A stretch of DNA of 64,000 bases from contig OMSO01000014.1 in assembly GCA_900313675.1 (NCBI GenBank), forward strand, positions 12,475 through 76,474, written 5' to 3'. Both the position numbers and the translations under genes were made by a program. Below the pieces are notes generated by a model that saw only the letters and a list, made by a program, of their open reading frames with translations, did no database searches and was not told where the DNA came from. Shown here piece by piece: positions 49,904 through 58,908 of the stretch. How positions within the stretch are numbered: position 1 is the first letter of the stretch; the number at the start of each line of letters is the position of its first letter. Source of the stretch: an uncultured Fibrobacter sp. Lineage in GTDB: Bacteria; Fibrobacterota; Fibrobacteria; Fibrobacterales; Fibrobacteraceae.

Positions 49904-50743
49904 ATGAATATCTTTGCGTACTACAATTACCGCAAGTATTTGCAGGATTATTACGAATACCGCAAGTCTTTACAGCGGTACTTCTCCTACAGGTCCTTCG
50001 CCCAGAAGGCGGGTTATTCCTCGTCGGGCTATTACCTGGACCTGGTTCGTGGCCGCAAGTCCCTTACGCCCCAGATGGTGCCGAAGTTTATAGCGGCCTT
50101 GGGTCTGAACGAAAAGGAAGGCCGTTATTTTAAGCTGATGGTGGATTTTACCCACGCCCAGTCGGTAGAGTCCAAACAGCAGATTTTTGACCAGATGTCT
50201 TCGCTGTTGCCCAAGGCGGTAAAGGCCCTGACCAAGAACCAGCAGGAATATTACGCCAAGTGGTACCACGTGGCGGTTCGCGAGGCTCTTTCGGTCTTGA
50301 ACATCAATGAAGGGAATCTTCAGGAGTTGGCCTGGTTCCTGAATCCGAAAATTTCAGTGCCCCAGGCGAAACAGTCCTTGCAGTTGCTGCTGGATTTGGG
50401 CCTTATCGAAAAGGTGGACGGCTTTTACCGTTCCGTGAACAAGACGGTGACCAGCGGCAAGGAAATTTCGCCCTTGTTCGTTCACCAGTTCCAGAAGCAG
50501 ATGATCGATCTGGGCAAAGAAGCCCTGGACCGCTACACTACGGCCCGTCGCAACGTTTCGACGACCACTATGAGCGTTTCTGCCGCTGGACTTGAACGGA
50601 TTATCCGAAAAATTGATATGTTTCAGAAAGAAATTCTGGATATTGTTACATCGGATAGCGGTGAAACCATGTTGTGCGAACTGAACGTGCAGTTCTTCCC
50701 CATCAGTAAGGAGAAGGTAGACCTGCCGGAGGAGGAAAAATGA
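49904..50743 (+). CDS. TIGR02147/DUF4423-family protein
   Basis: YYNYRKYLQDYYEYRK..FSYRSFAQKAG..S, YYAKWYHVAVRE, RNVSTTTMSVS, LNVQFFP. Confidence 0.9.
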   Translation: MNIFAYYNYRKYLQDYYEYRKSLQRYFSYRSFAQKAGYSSSGYYLDLVRGRKSLTPQMVPKFIAALGLNEKEGRYFKLMVDFTHAQSVESKQQIFDQMSSLLPKAVKALTKNQQEYYAKWYHVAVREALSVLNINEGNLQELAWFLNPKISVPQAKQSLQLLLDLGLIEKVDGFYRSVNKTVTSGKEISPLFVHQFQKQMIDLGKEALDRYTTARRNVSTTTMSVSAAGLERIIRKIDMFQKEILDIVTSDSGETMLCELNVQFFPISKEKVDLPEEEK

Positions 50744-52173
50744 GGTTAGCGACTAGTCTAGCAGCATTGCTTTCCGCCTTTGGTTTTTGGGCGTGCAGCA
50801 ACAACGATTCCGTGGCAGGAACTGCCACCCAGACCGAGAATACTGTTGCCAGCCTGGATACATTGAAGGGCGTGGTCTACCATAAGAACGGAACCAAGGC
50901 CAAGGGCGCCGTTGTTCGTATGGTCTTGTCGTCTAAGTGGGAAGATGCCGGTTGGTCCGATTTCCGCGAGACGGAAACAGATGCACAAGGGCGTTTCTCG
51001 TTTGCGAACGTGCCTGCGGATACTTTCCAGCTGGCGGTCATCGACTCCGCTTCTAGCGAAATCCTTTATCTGCCGGAGGCTTCTGCAGAGGATGATTCCC
51101 TGGTTCTTGAGGCTGCCGCCAAGGTGAAGGGCTTCTTGACGCTTGGCGATTCTGCTCTGGCCCCTGTGTCTGTAGGGTCACACTTCAAGGTTTATGTTTC
51201 GGGCATCCCGTTCTTTGAATCGGTATTTGCTCCCGGAGCTTTTGAACTGCTGGTCCCGGAAGGATCTTGGACCTTCGGCTTCTGCCCTGGTGACCCGATG
51301 GTCATCGAAAAACTGCAAGAATCTGGAATCGCCGATTCCGTGATTTTCCGCAGTTGGAAAATGTCCAAAGCTTTAAAGTCCGGCGAATCCTTGGCTCTTG
51401 ATACCCTGGTTTGGGGAGCGAACAAGAAAGCGGGTTCTGCCGAAAATAACGACCCTAAGGGTGACGTTGACCAGAAGGATACTACGGCTAAAACAGATAC
51501 CACGGAAGCCCCGGCTGTTCCCAAGGCCTGGATTTCGGGCCAGGTGGACTGTTCGAATTTGGATCGATGCGACAGTGTTGAAGTCATGGTCATTACGGAC
51601 CTGTTCGGTTTCAGCTTTGCAAACGGCCTGACTCTGGAGTATGACATTCAAGCCCGGACCGACACTCTAGGTCGGTGGTGGCTGCCCGCTCCCGAAGAGG
51701 TCCCTTACGACTCCTTCCGTGTGGAATACCGCCAGAGGTCGGGGGAGACCGTGACCAATGTGGGTCTTTCACGCTACGTGAAAAAGTCTGAACTGGAAGC
51801 TGCCAAGGACACCCTGTCTATCGGCAAGGCCTCTTTGGACAAGTATTCCTGGATTTCAGTGGGCGTTAGGCTCGTAGTGGACCAGCAGGACAATCAGCAG
51901 AGTGAAAACTGCTTTATGAACAGCGTGGTCCTGGGCATAGAGGGAACCTCCCATTTTGTCCGCACGGTAACCTGCAATATGTACGTGCTGACCTATCTGC
52001 CCAGCGGAATGCAAAAATTGATATTCTACTCCGGGGATCCGGTGGTGGTTTCGGCCCTCCAGGAGGCGGGGACTCCCCAGTACAGCTATGTGAGTACGGT
52101 TGACCAGAATCTGATGGCGGGTAACGGAATTAAGGAACTTTGGCTTACTTATACCCCTCCTACGGTAAAATAG
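50740..52173 (+). CDS. Lipoprotein with carboxypeptidase-regulatory-like beta domains
   Basis: FWAC lipobox; G.V....G..A.GA.V...TETDAQGRFSF.NVP; ATGA overlap with upstream gene. Confidence 0.8.
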   Translation: MRLATSLAALLSAFGFWACSNNDSVAGTATQTENTVASLDTLKGVVYHKNGTKAKGAVVRMVLSSKWEDAGWSDFRETETDAQGRFSFANVPADTFQLAVIDSASSEILYLPEASAEDDSLVLEAAAKVKGFLTLGDSALAPVSVGSHFKVYVSGIPFFESVFAPGAFELLVPEGSWTFGFCPGDPMVIEKLQESGIADSVIFRSWKMSKALKSGESLALDTLVWGANKKAGSAENNDPKGDVDQKDTTAKTDTTEAPAVPKAWISGQVDCSNLDRCDSVEVMVITDLFGFSFANGLTLEYDIQARTDTLGRWWLPAPEEVPYDSFRVEYRQRSGETVTNVGLSRYVKKSELEAAKDTLSIGKASLDKYSWISVGVRLVVDQQDNQQSENCFMNSVVLGIEGTSHFVRTVTCNMYVLTYLPSGMQKLIFYSGDPVVVSALQEAGTPQYSYVSTVDQNLMAGNGIKELWLTYTPPTVK

Positions 52174-52226
52174 TTCAAAATACCCCTTGCCGAAGTGACT
52201 TTTTTTTCTAACTTTGGTGAGCACTT

Positions 52227-52297
52227 TGAGCTATGGTGTAATGGTAGCACAACAGATTCTGACTCTGTTTGTCTAGGTTCGAATCCTGGTAGCTCAA
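52227..52297 (+). tRNA. tRNA-Gln(CTG)
   Basis: TGAGCTATGGTGTAATGGTAGCACA-ACAGA TTCTGAC TCTGT-TTGTCTAGGTTCGAATCCTGGTAGCTCAA. Confidence 0.95.
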
Positions 52298-52299
52298 CG

Positions 52300-52327
52300 A
52301 AAGTCCCGCTCTACGGCGGGACTTTTT
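52300..52327. terminator. Bidirectional terminator
   Basis: AAAGTCCCGC-TCTACG-GCGGGACTTTT. Confidence 0.8.
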
Positions 52328-55300
52328 CTATTCCAGCAGTCCAAGCAACTGCTTGATGTCTCGTTCGTCCATAGACGACGGTATGAACATGCGTTCTTCG
52401 GGTGAAACGTAGATCATCTTCCGTTCCGAAGACGGTCGGAAACTTCTGTCTCTCAGCTCTACCGCAGGGTTCTTGAGGGAATACAGGAACTTACCCGTCT
52501 GGATAAACTTCTGGCCCTTGATGCCCTGCTTGATGGCATCCATAATCTGGGGCACGAGTTTCTGGTTCGGCCAGGGTTCCTTGTGGAGTTCGAAAAGCCT
52601 CTGCTGCAGCAGTTCTTCGTGAATGGGGGACTCGTGGTCCACGTAGAACTTGAGCTGCGTGATGATGGATGCCGCCGAAAGTTTGGCGATGGGCCTGTCG
52701 TGAGGTGTTCCTTCGATTTTCGGGTGCAGCACCGTATAGGGAATCACGCTCAGGTTTTCGGCACTGATGGCATCGACGCTTTCGGATTCTTCTTCGGAGG
52801 CGTCCTTGGGCGGGGGAGCCACGCTCTGCTCGATGGCGATGGTAGTGACCATGTGGCTCACTTCGTCGCTGTTGGCCATGTACCAGAAGGGGGTCCAAAG
52901 GTTCAGTACCTTCCAGCCGATTTGACGGAGCAGCGTGTGGCGAATGTAGATTCGGTCTTCGATGGATTCCCTGAAACGTTCCGTGGTGCAGTCGTCTTCG
53001 ACCATGGCCAGGAACCGCTTGGAATTGTTGGCGTCAACCACCACAGGGCCAACAGAAATGCCGCACTGGCAGAAATAGGGCTCCACCTGGATGTTTTCGT
53101 CTTGCAGGGCCTTTAGGGCCTGGGCGTAGAGTGCCGATTCCTTGGGCTTCTCGTCGGTAATGTTCAGGGTAAGCACCTTCTGCAGGTACAGAATCCATTC
53201 CCAGAATAGGTCCGGTTTTTCTTTGGGCTTCTGGGCCATGTCGCTTTCGGAAAGGAACACTTGGAGTTCGCTCTTGGCAAGCGTTGTACAGACAGAAAGG
53301 GAATTGTTGATGGCTTTCTTTTCGGTGGTTTCGTATTCGCCACACACGAGAATCGTATCTCGCAGGCGGTTGACCGCCCTTTCGGGAGTCTTTACGTAAA
53401 AACTGATGGAGGGGTTTGTAGGCTGGAAAAACCTTGCCGCCGGAGAATCCTTGGGCGTAAGGCTGTTGATGGCCGACTCGATTTCCATGCAGGTGGACTG
53501 GTGAAGAGCGATTATGCCGAGAGTGCGTCCCGGTTGCCTTTCGGCATGGTGAATAGCGGCCTTCGCGATTTCCAGGACCTTGTCGGAGACGACTTTCAGG
53601 GTCTGGTTCTTTACCTTTTCGCGGCTGGGTTGCGGCAGTTGCCGAATGTCGCCGCCGTAGATTTTGCAGTTTGCAAAATCTATTATGGAGGAATGGGCGT
53701 AGGTGGTGGAGAACCACAGTTCCCTGGTGGGAATCCCCTGCCTTAAGCTCATGGTGAGAATAGATTCCTGGAACGCCTGGGTATGGGGCGTCTTGTCTTC
53801 GGGGTAACCGTCCAGCGGCAGGTGCTTCAGGAGAGGCGCCTTGGAATCGCCCACCAGCACCGTCTTTTGGCCCTTGAAAATGGCGGGAAGCGCCTCGCAG
53901 ACCGAAATGCAGTCCGCGTCCAGAATGACTACGGTCTGAAACTTTTGTGATGGGGCCAGCTGGAAACTCTGCTCCAGCGGGATAAAGGCGAAAAGGCCCG
54001 GATTGTCCTTGACGGTGTTTTGCACCAACCTGAAATTTGCGTTGCAGAACTGGTCCAGTCGGGAGCGGTAATCCCTGGTCTTTTGAGCGCGGGCTTTGGG
54101 CAAAAGGGAGAACAGGTCGGGACAATCCTTGCCGACCTGCTGGATTTGCGTTCCTGCCCAGAAATGGGCGAAGGCCTGGGCGATATTCTGGCTCACGTTG
54201 TCGGCGTCTTTCAGGTAGTCGACTAGTTCCTTTGCTCCGAATTTTTCGATGGACTGCAAAAGCGACGTGGTGCGCACGTGAATTTCCAGATTGCCCCAGT
54301 TGGCGTTCCACAGCTGGATTTCGTCCAGCCACTTTTCGATGCACAGGCTCTCGAGAGGAGTTTCCAGAGAAAGTCCCTTCGTAATCTTGCGGGTGGATTC
54401 CTGGAGTTCCTTGACGACCTTCGCGTAGTCCTTCATCTGGGGGAGGGCATCCTTGAACAGCTGCCACTGCTCCAGAATCTGGAGCAGCAGGTCCAGCCGC
54501 GGGTCGTTCTTGTGGGTCTCCCTAAAGTCGTAGATGTAGGTAATCTTCTTGTTCAGCTCGAACCAGTTGGAGCGTTCGTAGAGCCAGTCGCGGCCCAGCA
54601 GGTGGTTCCCGAGAACGGAGGTGTCCTTGTAGGCCCGCTTGTTTTCTTGCAGTTCAATCAGGGTGTCGATCAGGTCCAGCAGCTGGTTGTCCGAGGAGAC
54701 GGACTTCGGGTCTTTCAGGACTTTCAAAAGCTTTTTCTTGGAACTGCGGTAGCGGTCCGAAAGGCCCTTGAGGGTGGCCTTCAGGCTGTCTGCGAATTCT
54801 TCGCGGACAGAAAGGATGTTTTCATCTACGGCGTTGTCGGTGTAGATCTCCGAAGTCTGCCTACGGTAGCGGACCCACTTGTCGCCTGCTTCGGGAAGCG
54901 CCTTCAGGGAATCCTGGTAGTCTTCCCAGCTGTTGGAACGCAGTTCCCAGTCTTCAAAGACAGGAGTGTTCCTGTTGAAATTCTGGAGAATCAGGTCGAT
55001 GATGTCCGAAAGTCCGGAAAGGTAGATACCCGTGGGGAACAGTCCCGTCTTTTCGACCAGAGCGATAAGGGGTTTCAGTTCGTTGGCCTTGCTTGAGGCA
55101 AGGGCAAGTTCCTTGGCAATCGCTTCTTGTTCTTCGACGGAGAGGCTCGGAACCCGCACGTCCTTGAAGGCGTTCCTGGCCTCCTTGCCCTTCTTTTCGA
55201 AGTAAAGGTAAAGAATCTCGTCTAGGTCCGCCTTGAGTTCGCAGTAGTCCCTGTACGGAATGTTCGCAATTTTCTGGAACAGGGTGTCGGATGCTTTAAC

Positions 55301-56437
55301 CTTGACGGCCGGGTTCTGGACGAATTCTGTCAGCAGGTCCGAAAGGGGGGCGTCGGAGGGCTGGATGTTCTTGTTTATGGCATCGTAATACCGCACAAAA
55401 GAATCGCGGGTCTTCTGGAGTTCCGGCAGAAGGGCGTCCCTTTCGGGGCCTTCGAAATTGCGGAACTGCGGGAACAGCCTATCCCTAAACTTTTGGGCGG
55501 TAGAAGCCCTGCGGTAAACCACCAGGGTGCTTTTCTTTTCGGCGATGGAATCGGCCACCAGGTTCGCCGTGGCACGATCCCAGTCTGTACCTGGCAGGGC
55601 CTGGATGGCGTAGGCGTTGTTTCCGGCATCTTTTGCGTCTTCTGTGACCTTGGTGGTGTGGGAATCCGTGATGTACAGAGGATAGTGGTCCAGCGGCGAG
55701 TACAGCTTGTCAAATGTTTCTCCGTCGAACTTGGAATCCTTGGTCTGGAATCCATCGGCGGTAAAGAGGGCTTGAACGGTGGAGGCGGCGCTGGCGTTGG
55801 ATTCGTCCAGCCCCAGTTCCATGCATTTCTTGAGGCCCAGCTTGACGGAATCGAAGAAGGCGAGGCAGATACCGTGTCGTGTAAATTTCCAGTTTTTCTT
55901 TGCCGCCACCGCTTTTTCGAAGAGGGAAAAATACAGCAAGATGCTGAACTGGCCGTTCAGGGTGGCATCTTCTATGGTGGGGAGCGAAAGCTCCGTTTTC
56001 AACCGTTCCCGCAGGACGATGTTTTCGAGAGGATGCTTCGAAGAAAGGGCTACCGTCTGGGTCTGGAGATTCACATCCAGGGGCACCAGCAGGCTTGGGG
56101 AAAGGGCGTTCCCTTCCCACTTCAAGAATCCCAGCAGCAGGTACAGGTCGGTGGTACCGAAGTCCTCTAGTTTTTCCTTGAGGGCTTGTAGGATATGTTC
56201 TTTCACCTCTAGCTTTTGCTGGGGTGTGAAACTCTCTGACTTGGGGAGGAATGAGTCCAGTGGCAGGGGGCCTCCGGCCTGTTTCCACTTTTCAAAGAAC
56301 AGGTCGCCGGTTTCAAGCATCAGGGGAGTCTGGTACAGGCCCTTGGTGTTGAAGTTCAAGAGTGAATCTTTGGAATCGAAAAGAGCCGATTCCTGGCGAA
56401 TCTTTGAAAGGGTGGCGGACAAGGCTGCGTTGGACAT
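52328..56437 (-). CDS. DUF4011 + SF1 helicase-like + Vsr/REase-like + DUF3320-like protein with degenerate catalytic motifs
   Basis: LLNF, LYLLLGFLKW..PSLLVP; ALPGTDWD (Walker A position), ILDAD, VGDSK; VEDD..GWKVLNLW; ESPIHEELL. Confidence 0.75.
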   Translation of the reverse strand: MSNAALSATLSKIRQESALFDSKDSLLNFNTKGLYQTPLMLETGDLFFEKWKQAGGPLPLDSFLPKSESFTPQQKLEVKEHILQALKEKLEDFGTTDLYLLLGFLKWEGNALSPSLLVPLDVNLQTQTVALSSKHPLENIVLRERLKTELSLPTIEDATLNGQFSILLYFSLFEKAVAAKKNWKFTRHGICLAFFDSVKLGLKKCMELGLDESNASAASTVQALFTADGFQTKDSKFDGETFDKLYSPLDHYPLYITDSHTTKVTEDAKDAGNNAYAIQALPGTDWDRATANLVADSIAEKKSTLVVYRRASTAQKFRDRLFPQFRNFEGPERDALLPELQKTRDSFVRYYDAINKNIQPSDAPLSDLLTEFVQNPAVKVKASDTLFQKIANIPYRDYCELKADLDEILYLYFEKKGKEARNAFKDVRVPSLSVEEQEAIAKELALASSKANELKPLIALVEKTGLFPTGIYLSGLSDIIDLILQNFNRNTPVFEDWELRSNSWEDYQDSLKALPEAGDKWVRYRRQTSEIYTDNAVDENILSVREEFADSLKATLKGLSDRYRSSKKKLLKVLKDPKSVSSDNQLLDLIDTLIELQENKRAYKDTSVLGNHLLGRDWLYERSNWFELNKKITYIYDFRETHKNDPRLDLLLQILEQWQLFKDALPQMKDYAKVVKELQESTRKITKGLSLETPLESLCIEKWLDEIQLWNANWGNLEIHVRTTSLLQSIEKFGAKELVDYLKDADNVSQNIAQAFAHFWAGTQIQQVGKDCPDLFSLLPKARAQKTRDYRSRLDQFCNANFRLVQNTVKDNPGLFAFIPLEQSFQLAPSQKFQTVVILDADCISVCEALPAIFKGQKTVLVGDSKAPLLKHLPLDGYPEDKTPHTQAFQESILTMSLRQGIPTRELWFSTTYAHSSIIDFANCKIYGGDIRQLPQPSREKVKNQTLKVVSDKVLEIAKAAIHHAERQPGRTLGIIALHQSTCMEIESAINSLTPKDSPAARFFQPTNPSISFYVKTPERAVNRLRDTILVCGEYETTEKKAINNSLSVCTTLAKSELQVFLSESDMAQKPKEKPDLFWEWILYLQKVLTLNITDEKPKESALYAQALKALQDENIQVEPYFCQCGISVGPVVVDANNSKRFLAMVEDDCTTERFRESIEDRIYIRHTLLRQIGWKVLNLWTPFWYMANSDEVSHMVTTIAIEQSVAPPPKDASEEESESVDAISAENLSVIPYTVLHPKIEGTPHDRPIAKLSAASIITQLKFYVDHESPIHEELLQQRLFELHKEPWPNQKLVPQIMDAIKQGIKGQKFIQTGKFLYSLKNPAVELRDRSFRPSSERKMIYVSPEERMFIPSSMDERDIKQLLGLLE

Positions 56438-56465
56438 GCCCTGAATATACATTATTTAGAAGTAG

Positions 56466-56495
56466 CGAGTTATGAGTTACGAGTTACGAGTTGTC
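56466..56495. repeat. 7-bp GAGTTAN tandem repeat
   Basis: GAGTTAT GAGTTAC GAGTTAC GAGTTGT. Confidence 0.7.
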
Positions 56496-56522
56496 GAATA
56501 GGGGTTTCTTTGGACTTCTTTT

Positions 56523-57530
56523 TTACAAATTTTGGCAGACGATGTTCAGGGCGTTGTCTAGGTTGGCGGGCGCTTGCGTGGAGGCAAGTCCTGCCTTGAA
56601 AAGGACCCTGCCCAGGAGTTCTTGGGGGGTGACACCTGCTTCCCGGTCTTGCCGGATACTGTGGGCTTTTTCCCGCTTGGAAAGTTTTTTGCCCGCCGGG
56701 TCCACGATGAGGGGGTGGTGCAGGTACTTGGGCGGTTCGGTCCTGCCCATCAGTTCCATCAGGGCGATTTGCCTTGCGGTGGAATTCCGTATGTCTTCGC
56801 CCCGGATAACGTGGGAGATTCCCTCTTCGATGTCGTCGACGCAGACGGCGAACTGGTAGGTCCATTGGCCAATTCTATCCCGGATAGGGAAGTCCCCGCA
56901 TTGGAGTTTCGGATTTTCGGCAAAGTCCCCTAGGCGTAGGTCGTGCCAGTTAATTACTTTGTCTGGAATCTTGATTCGGAGGGAGTGGGGGGCGTTGCGG
57001 GGGGAACCCCCGCTGGAGGGGGTAGCGGAAGACGCATGGATATCCCCGCCAGGTTGATGGGAGATCCCCGTGATTCTATCGCTTCGCTCCAGAATGACAG
57101 CGGGGATGACAAGTAAGTGGCGGGGATGGTATGTGGCTGCAGCGAGGGGGAGGCTTCCCCCCTTGCATTTTCCTTGGTATATGATTTCGCCAAATTCGTT
57201 CTTTGGATTTTGTTCTTCCAGTTCTTTGCGGCTGCAGTAGCAGGGGTAGACCAGGTTTTGTGCTTCAAGGTTCTTGAGGGCTTTTTCAAATCGGTCGAAA
57301 TGTTCGCTCTGGAGGCTTTCGCTTTGCCACTTGAAACCTAGCCATTGCAGGTCTTCGCGGATGGCGGCGATGTGCTCGGGCCTTGACCTTTTCTGGTCGT
57401 GGTCCTCGATGCGCAGGTGCACCGACAGGTCCCATTTTTTTGCGGCGGCCCACACGTACAGGGCCGAAAGCAGGTGGCCTTCGTGAAGGTAGCCGGTGGG
57501 GCTGGGCGCAAATCTGGTTTTTCCGGGCAT
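56523..57530 (-). CDS. gluQ: Glutamyl-Q tRNA(Asp) synthetase-like protein with an in-frame repeat insertion
   Basis: RFAPSPTGYLHEGH, RIEDHD, CYCSRK..Y.GKC, HVIRGED, KLSKR; no anticodon-binding domain. Confidence 0.85.
   Translation of the reverse strand: MPGKTRFAPSPTGYLHEGHLLSALYVWAAAKKWDLSVHLRIEDHDQKRSRPEHIAAIREDLQWLGFKWQSESLQSEHFDRFEKALKNLEAQNLVYPCYCSRKELEEQNPKNEFGEIIYQGKCKGGSLPLAAATYHPRHLLVIPAVILERSDRITGISHQPGGDIHASSATPSSGGSPRNAPHSLRIKIPDKVINWHDLRLGDFAENPKLQCGDFPIRDRIGQWTYQFAVCVDDIEEGISHVIRGEDIRNSTARQIALMELMGRTEPPKYLHHPLIVDPAGKKLSKREKAHSIRQDREAGVTPQELLGRVLFKAGLASTQAPANLDNALNIVCQNL
56987..57163 (+). repeat. Four-level nested palindromic element inside gluQ
   Basis: Outer GGGG..GGAAGAC / GGCTGCAGCGAGGGGGAGGCTTCCCCC; ATCCCCGCCA/TGGCGGGGAT; GAGATCCCCG/CGGGGATGACA; TGATTCTATCGCTTCGCTCCAGAATGACAG. 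Confidence 0.85.
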
Positions 57531-57546
57531 AGGGGGAAATATAGTT

Positions 57547-57625
57547 ATGAATTCGGATTTCGGAATTATGAATTGTTTCTGAATATAATTCTGAACTCTG
57601 AAATCAGGACTCCGAATTGAATTGA
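57547..57625. repeat. 7-bp GAATT/CTGAA arrays in divergent promoter region
   Basis: GAATTCG GATTTCG GAATTAT GAATTGT ... CTGAACT CTGAAAT CAGGACT CCGAATT. Confidence 0.55.
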
Positions 57626-57670
57626 CTAATGCTATATTTCTTTTGAAAACGACGAACAATCGGGGTGATT

Positions 57671-58249
57671 ATGAAATTGAGTGGATTGGTTGGATGTGCT
57701 TGCCTGCTTGCCATTGCGGTGGGCGCTTTTGCTAACGACATTATCGCGACGACCTCCAACGGCTCTACGGTGATTCTCCACGACAACGGCCGCTGGGAAT
57801 ACTACCAGAACAACGCGAAGATTCGGGACGTGCGTCCGGAAGCCATGCCCGAAGACGCCAAGTTCAACGTGTCCGTGCTTTACGAAAGTGCCGACAAGTT
57901 GAAGAAGAACGTGCGTATGGCCATGGAAGCGGACTTTGCCACCGAGGAAGAAATCAAGGACAGCCTGCGCAAGGTGCCCAAGGGCGGTATCATCTATTTC
58001 CAGGTGCCAACCAAGCAAATCAAGAAGGGGCTGAATCGGGAGTTCACCTATTCTGTCTTTGACAAGGGCAAGACGCCAATATTCTCGAAGACCGTTGCTG
58101 AAACCGAGGCGACTCCTAGCGAAGACGCCGGAGTTTCGAACCTGGTGGTGGTGTCTGTCTATGGTCGGCCCAAGTCCAAGGTCATGAAGGCCCGTGTGGA
58201 AAACCGTGCTGCAAGGCAGACCCTGGATATCGACGTTCCTATCCAGTAA
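57671..58249 (+). CDS. Hypothetical exported protein (DUF3157-like N-terminus)
   Basis: Signal peptide AFA, then ATTSNGSTVILHDNGRWEY. Confidence 0.7.
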   Translation: MKLSGLVGCACLLAIAVGAFANDIIATTSNGSTVILHDNGRWEYYQNNAKIRDVRPEAMPEDAKFNVSVLYESADKLKKNVRMAMEADFATEEEIKDSLRKVPKGGIIYFQVPTKQIKKGLNREFTYSVFDKGKTPIFSKTVAETEATPSEDAGVSNLVVVSVYGRPKSKVMKARVENRAARQTLDIDVPIQ

Positions 58250-58274
58250 GGGAACGCTTCGCAGGGATTAAACC

Positions 58275-58838
58275 GTGAAATTTGCCGTTGTGGACTTGGA
58301 AACCACCGGAGGGAAACCTTCCGATGGACGCATTACCGAAATAGGCGTCGTTTTGATGGACGATACCAACGTGGAGGGAACGTTCCAGGCCCTGGTGGAT
58401 CCGGGCATGCCAATCCAGCCCTTTGTGCAGAGGCTTACGGGAATTACCGACGAGATGGTTCAGGGGAAACCGCAGTTTTCGGCTATCGCCGAAGACCTGA
58501 TGGGTATGTTGCAAGACCGCATCTTTGTGGCTCACAATGTGCAGTTCGATAGCCGATTCATGATGGCGGAACTGAAACGCTGCGCCATCAAGTATGACCC
58601 GCCCAGGCTTTGCACGGTGAAGCTTTCCCGAAGGTTTTTTCCGGGGCTGCCCAGCTACAGCCTGCACAACCTGACGGAATCCCTGGAGCTTCAGGACTTT
58701 AACCACCACAGGGCTCTGGCCGACGCCCGTGCCGCCGCCGAAATCTTGAAGCTGGTCTATGAAAAAATTGGACCGGAAAAGCTTTTGAAAGAAGTGAAGA
58801 ATCTACCGAAGAAAGATCCTAGCCCTGGCCGCGGCTGA
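58275..58838 (+). CDS. DEDDh 3'-5' exonuclease (DnaQ-like)
   Basis: VVDLETTG, AHNVQFD, HRALADA. Confidence 0.92.
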   Translation: MKFAVVDLETTGGKPSDGRITEIGVVLMDDTNVEGTFQALVDPGMPIQPFVQRLTGITDEMVQGKPQFSAIAEDLMGMLQDRIFVAHNVQFDSRFMMAELKRCAIKYDPPRLCTVKLSRRFFPGLPSYSLHNLTESLELQDFNHHRALADARAAAEILKLVYEKIGPEKLLKEVKNLPKKDPSPGRG

Positions 58839-58908
58839 CACATCTTGTCCCCTGCGGCCCTAACACCTACAACCTGTTACCTAAAACCTAGCCCCTAACC
58901 CCTAATCA

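Noticed and set aside
52227-56437. Defence island at tRNA-Gln
   Set aside because: No integrase or att duplication, host-like composition, single gene.
56523-57530. gltX call, or intein/intron explanation for the insert
   Set aside because: No anticodon-binding domain, so GluQ-like; the insert lacks intein termini and intron features and matches intergenic repeats.
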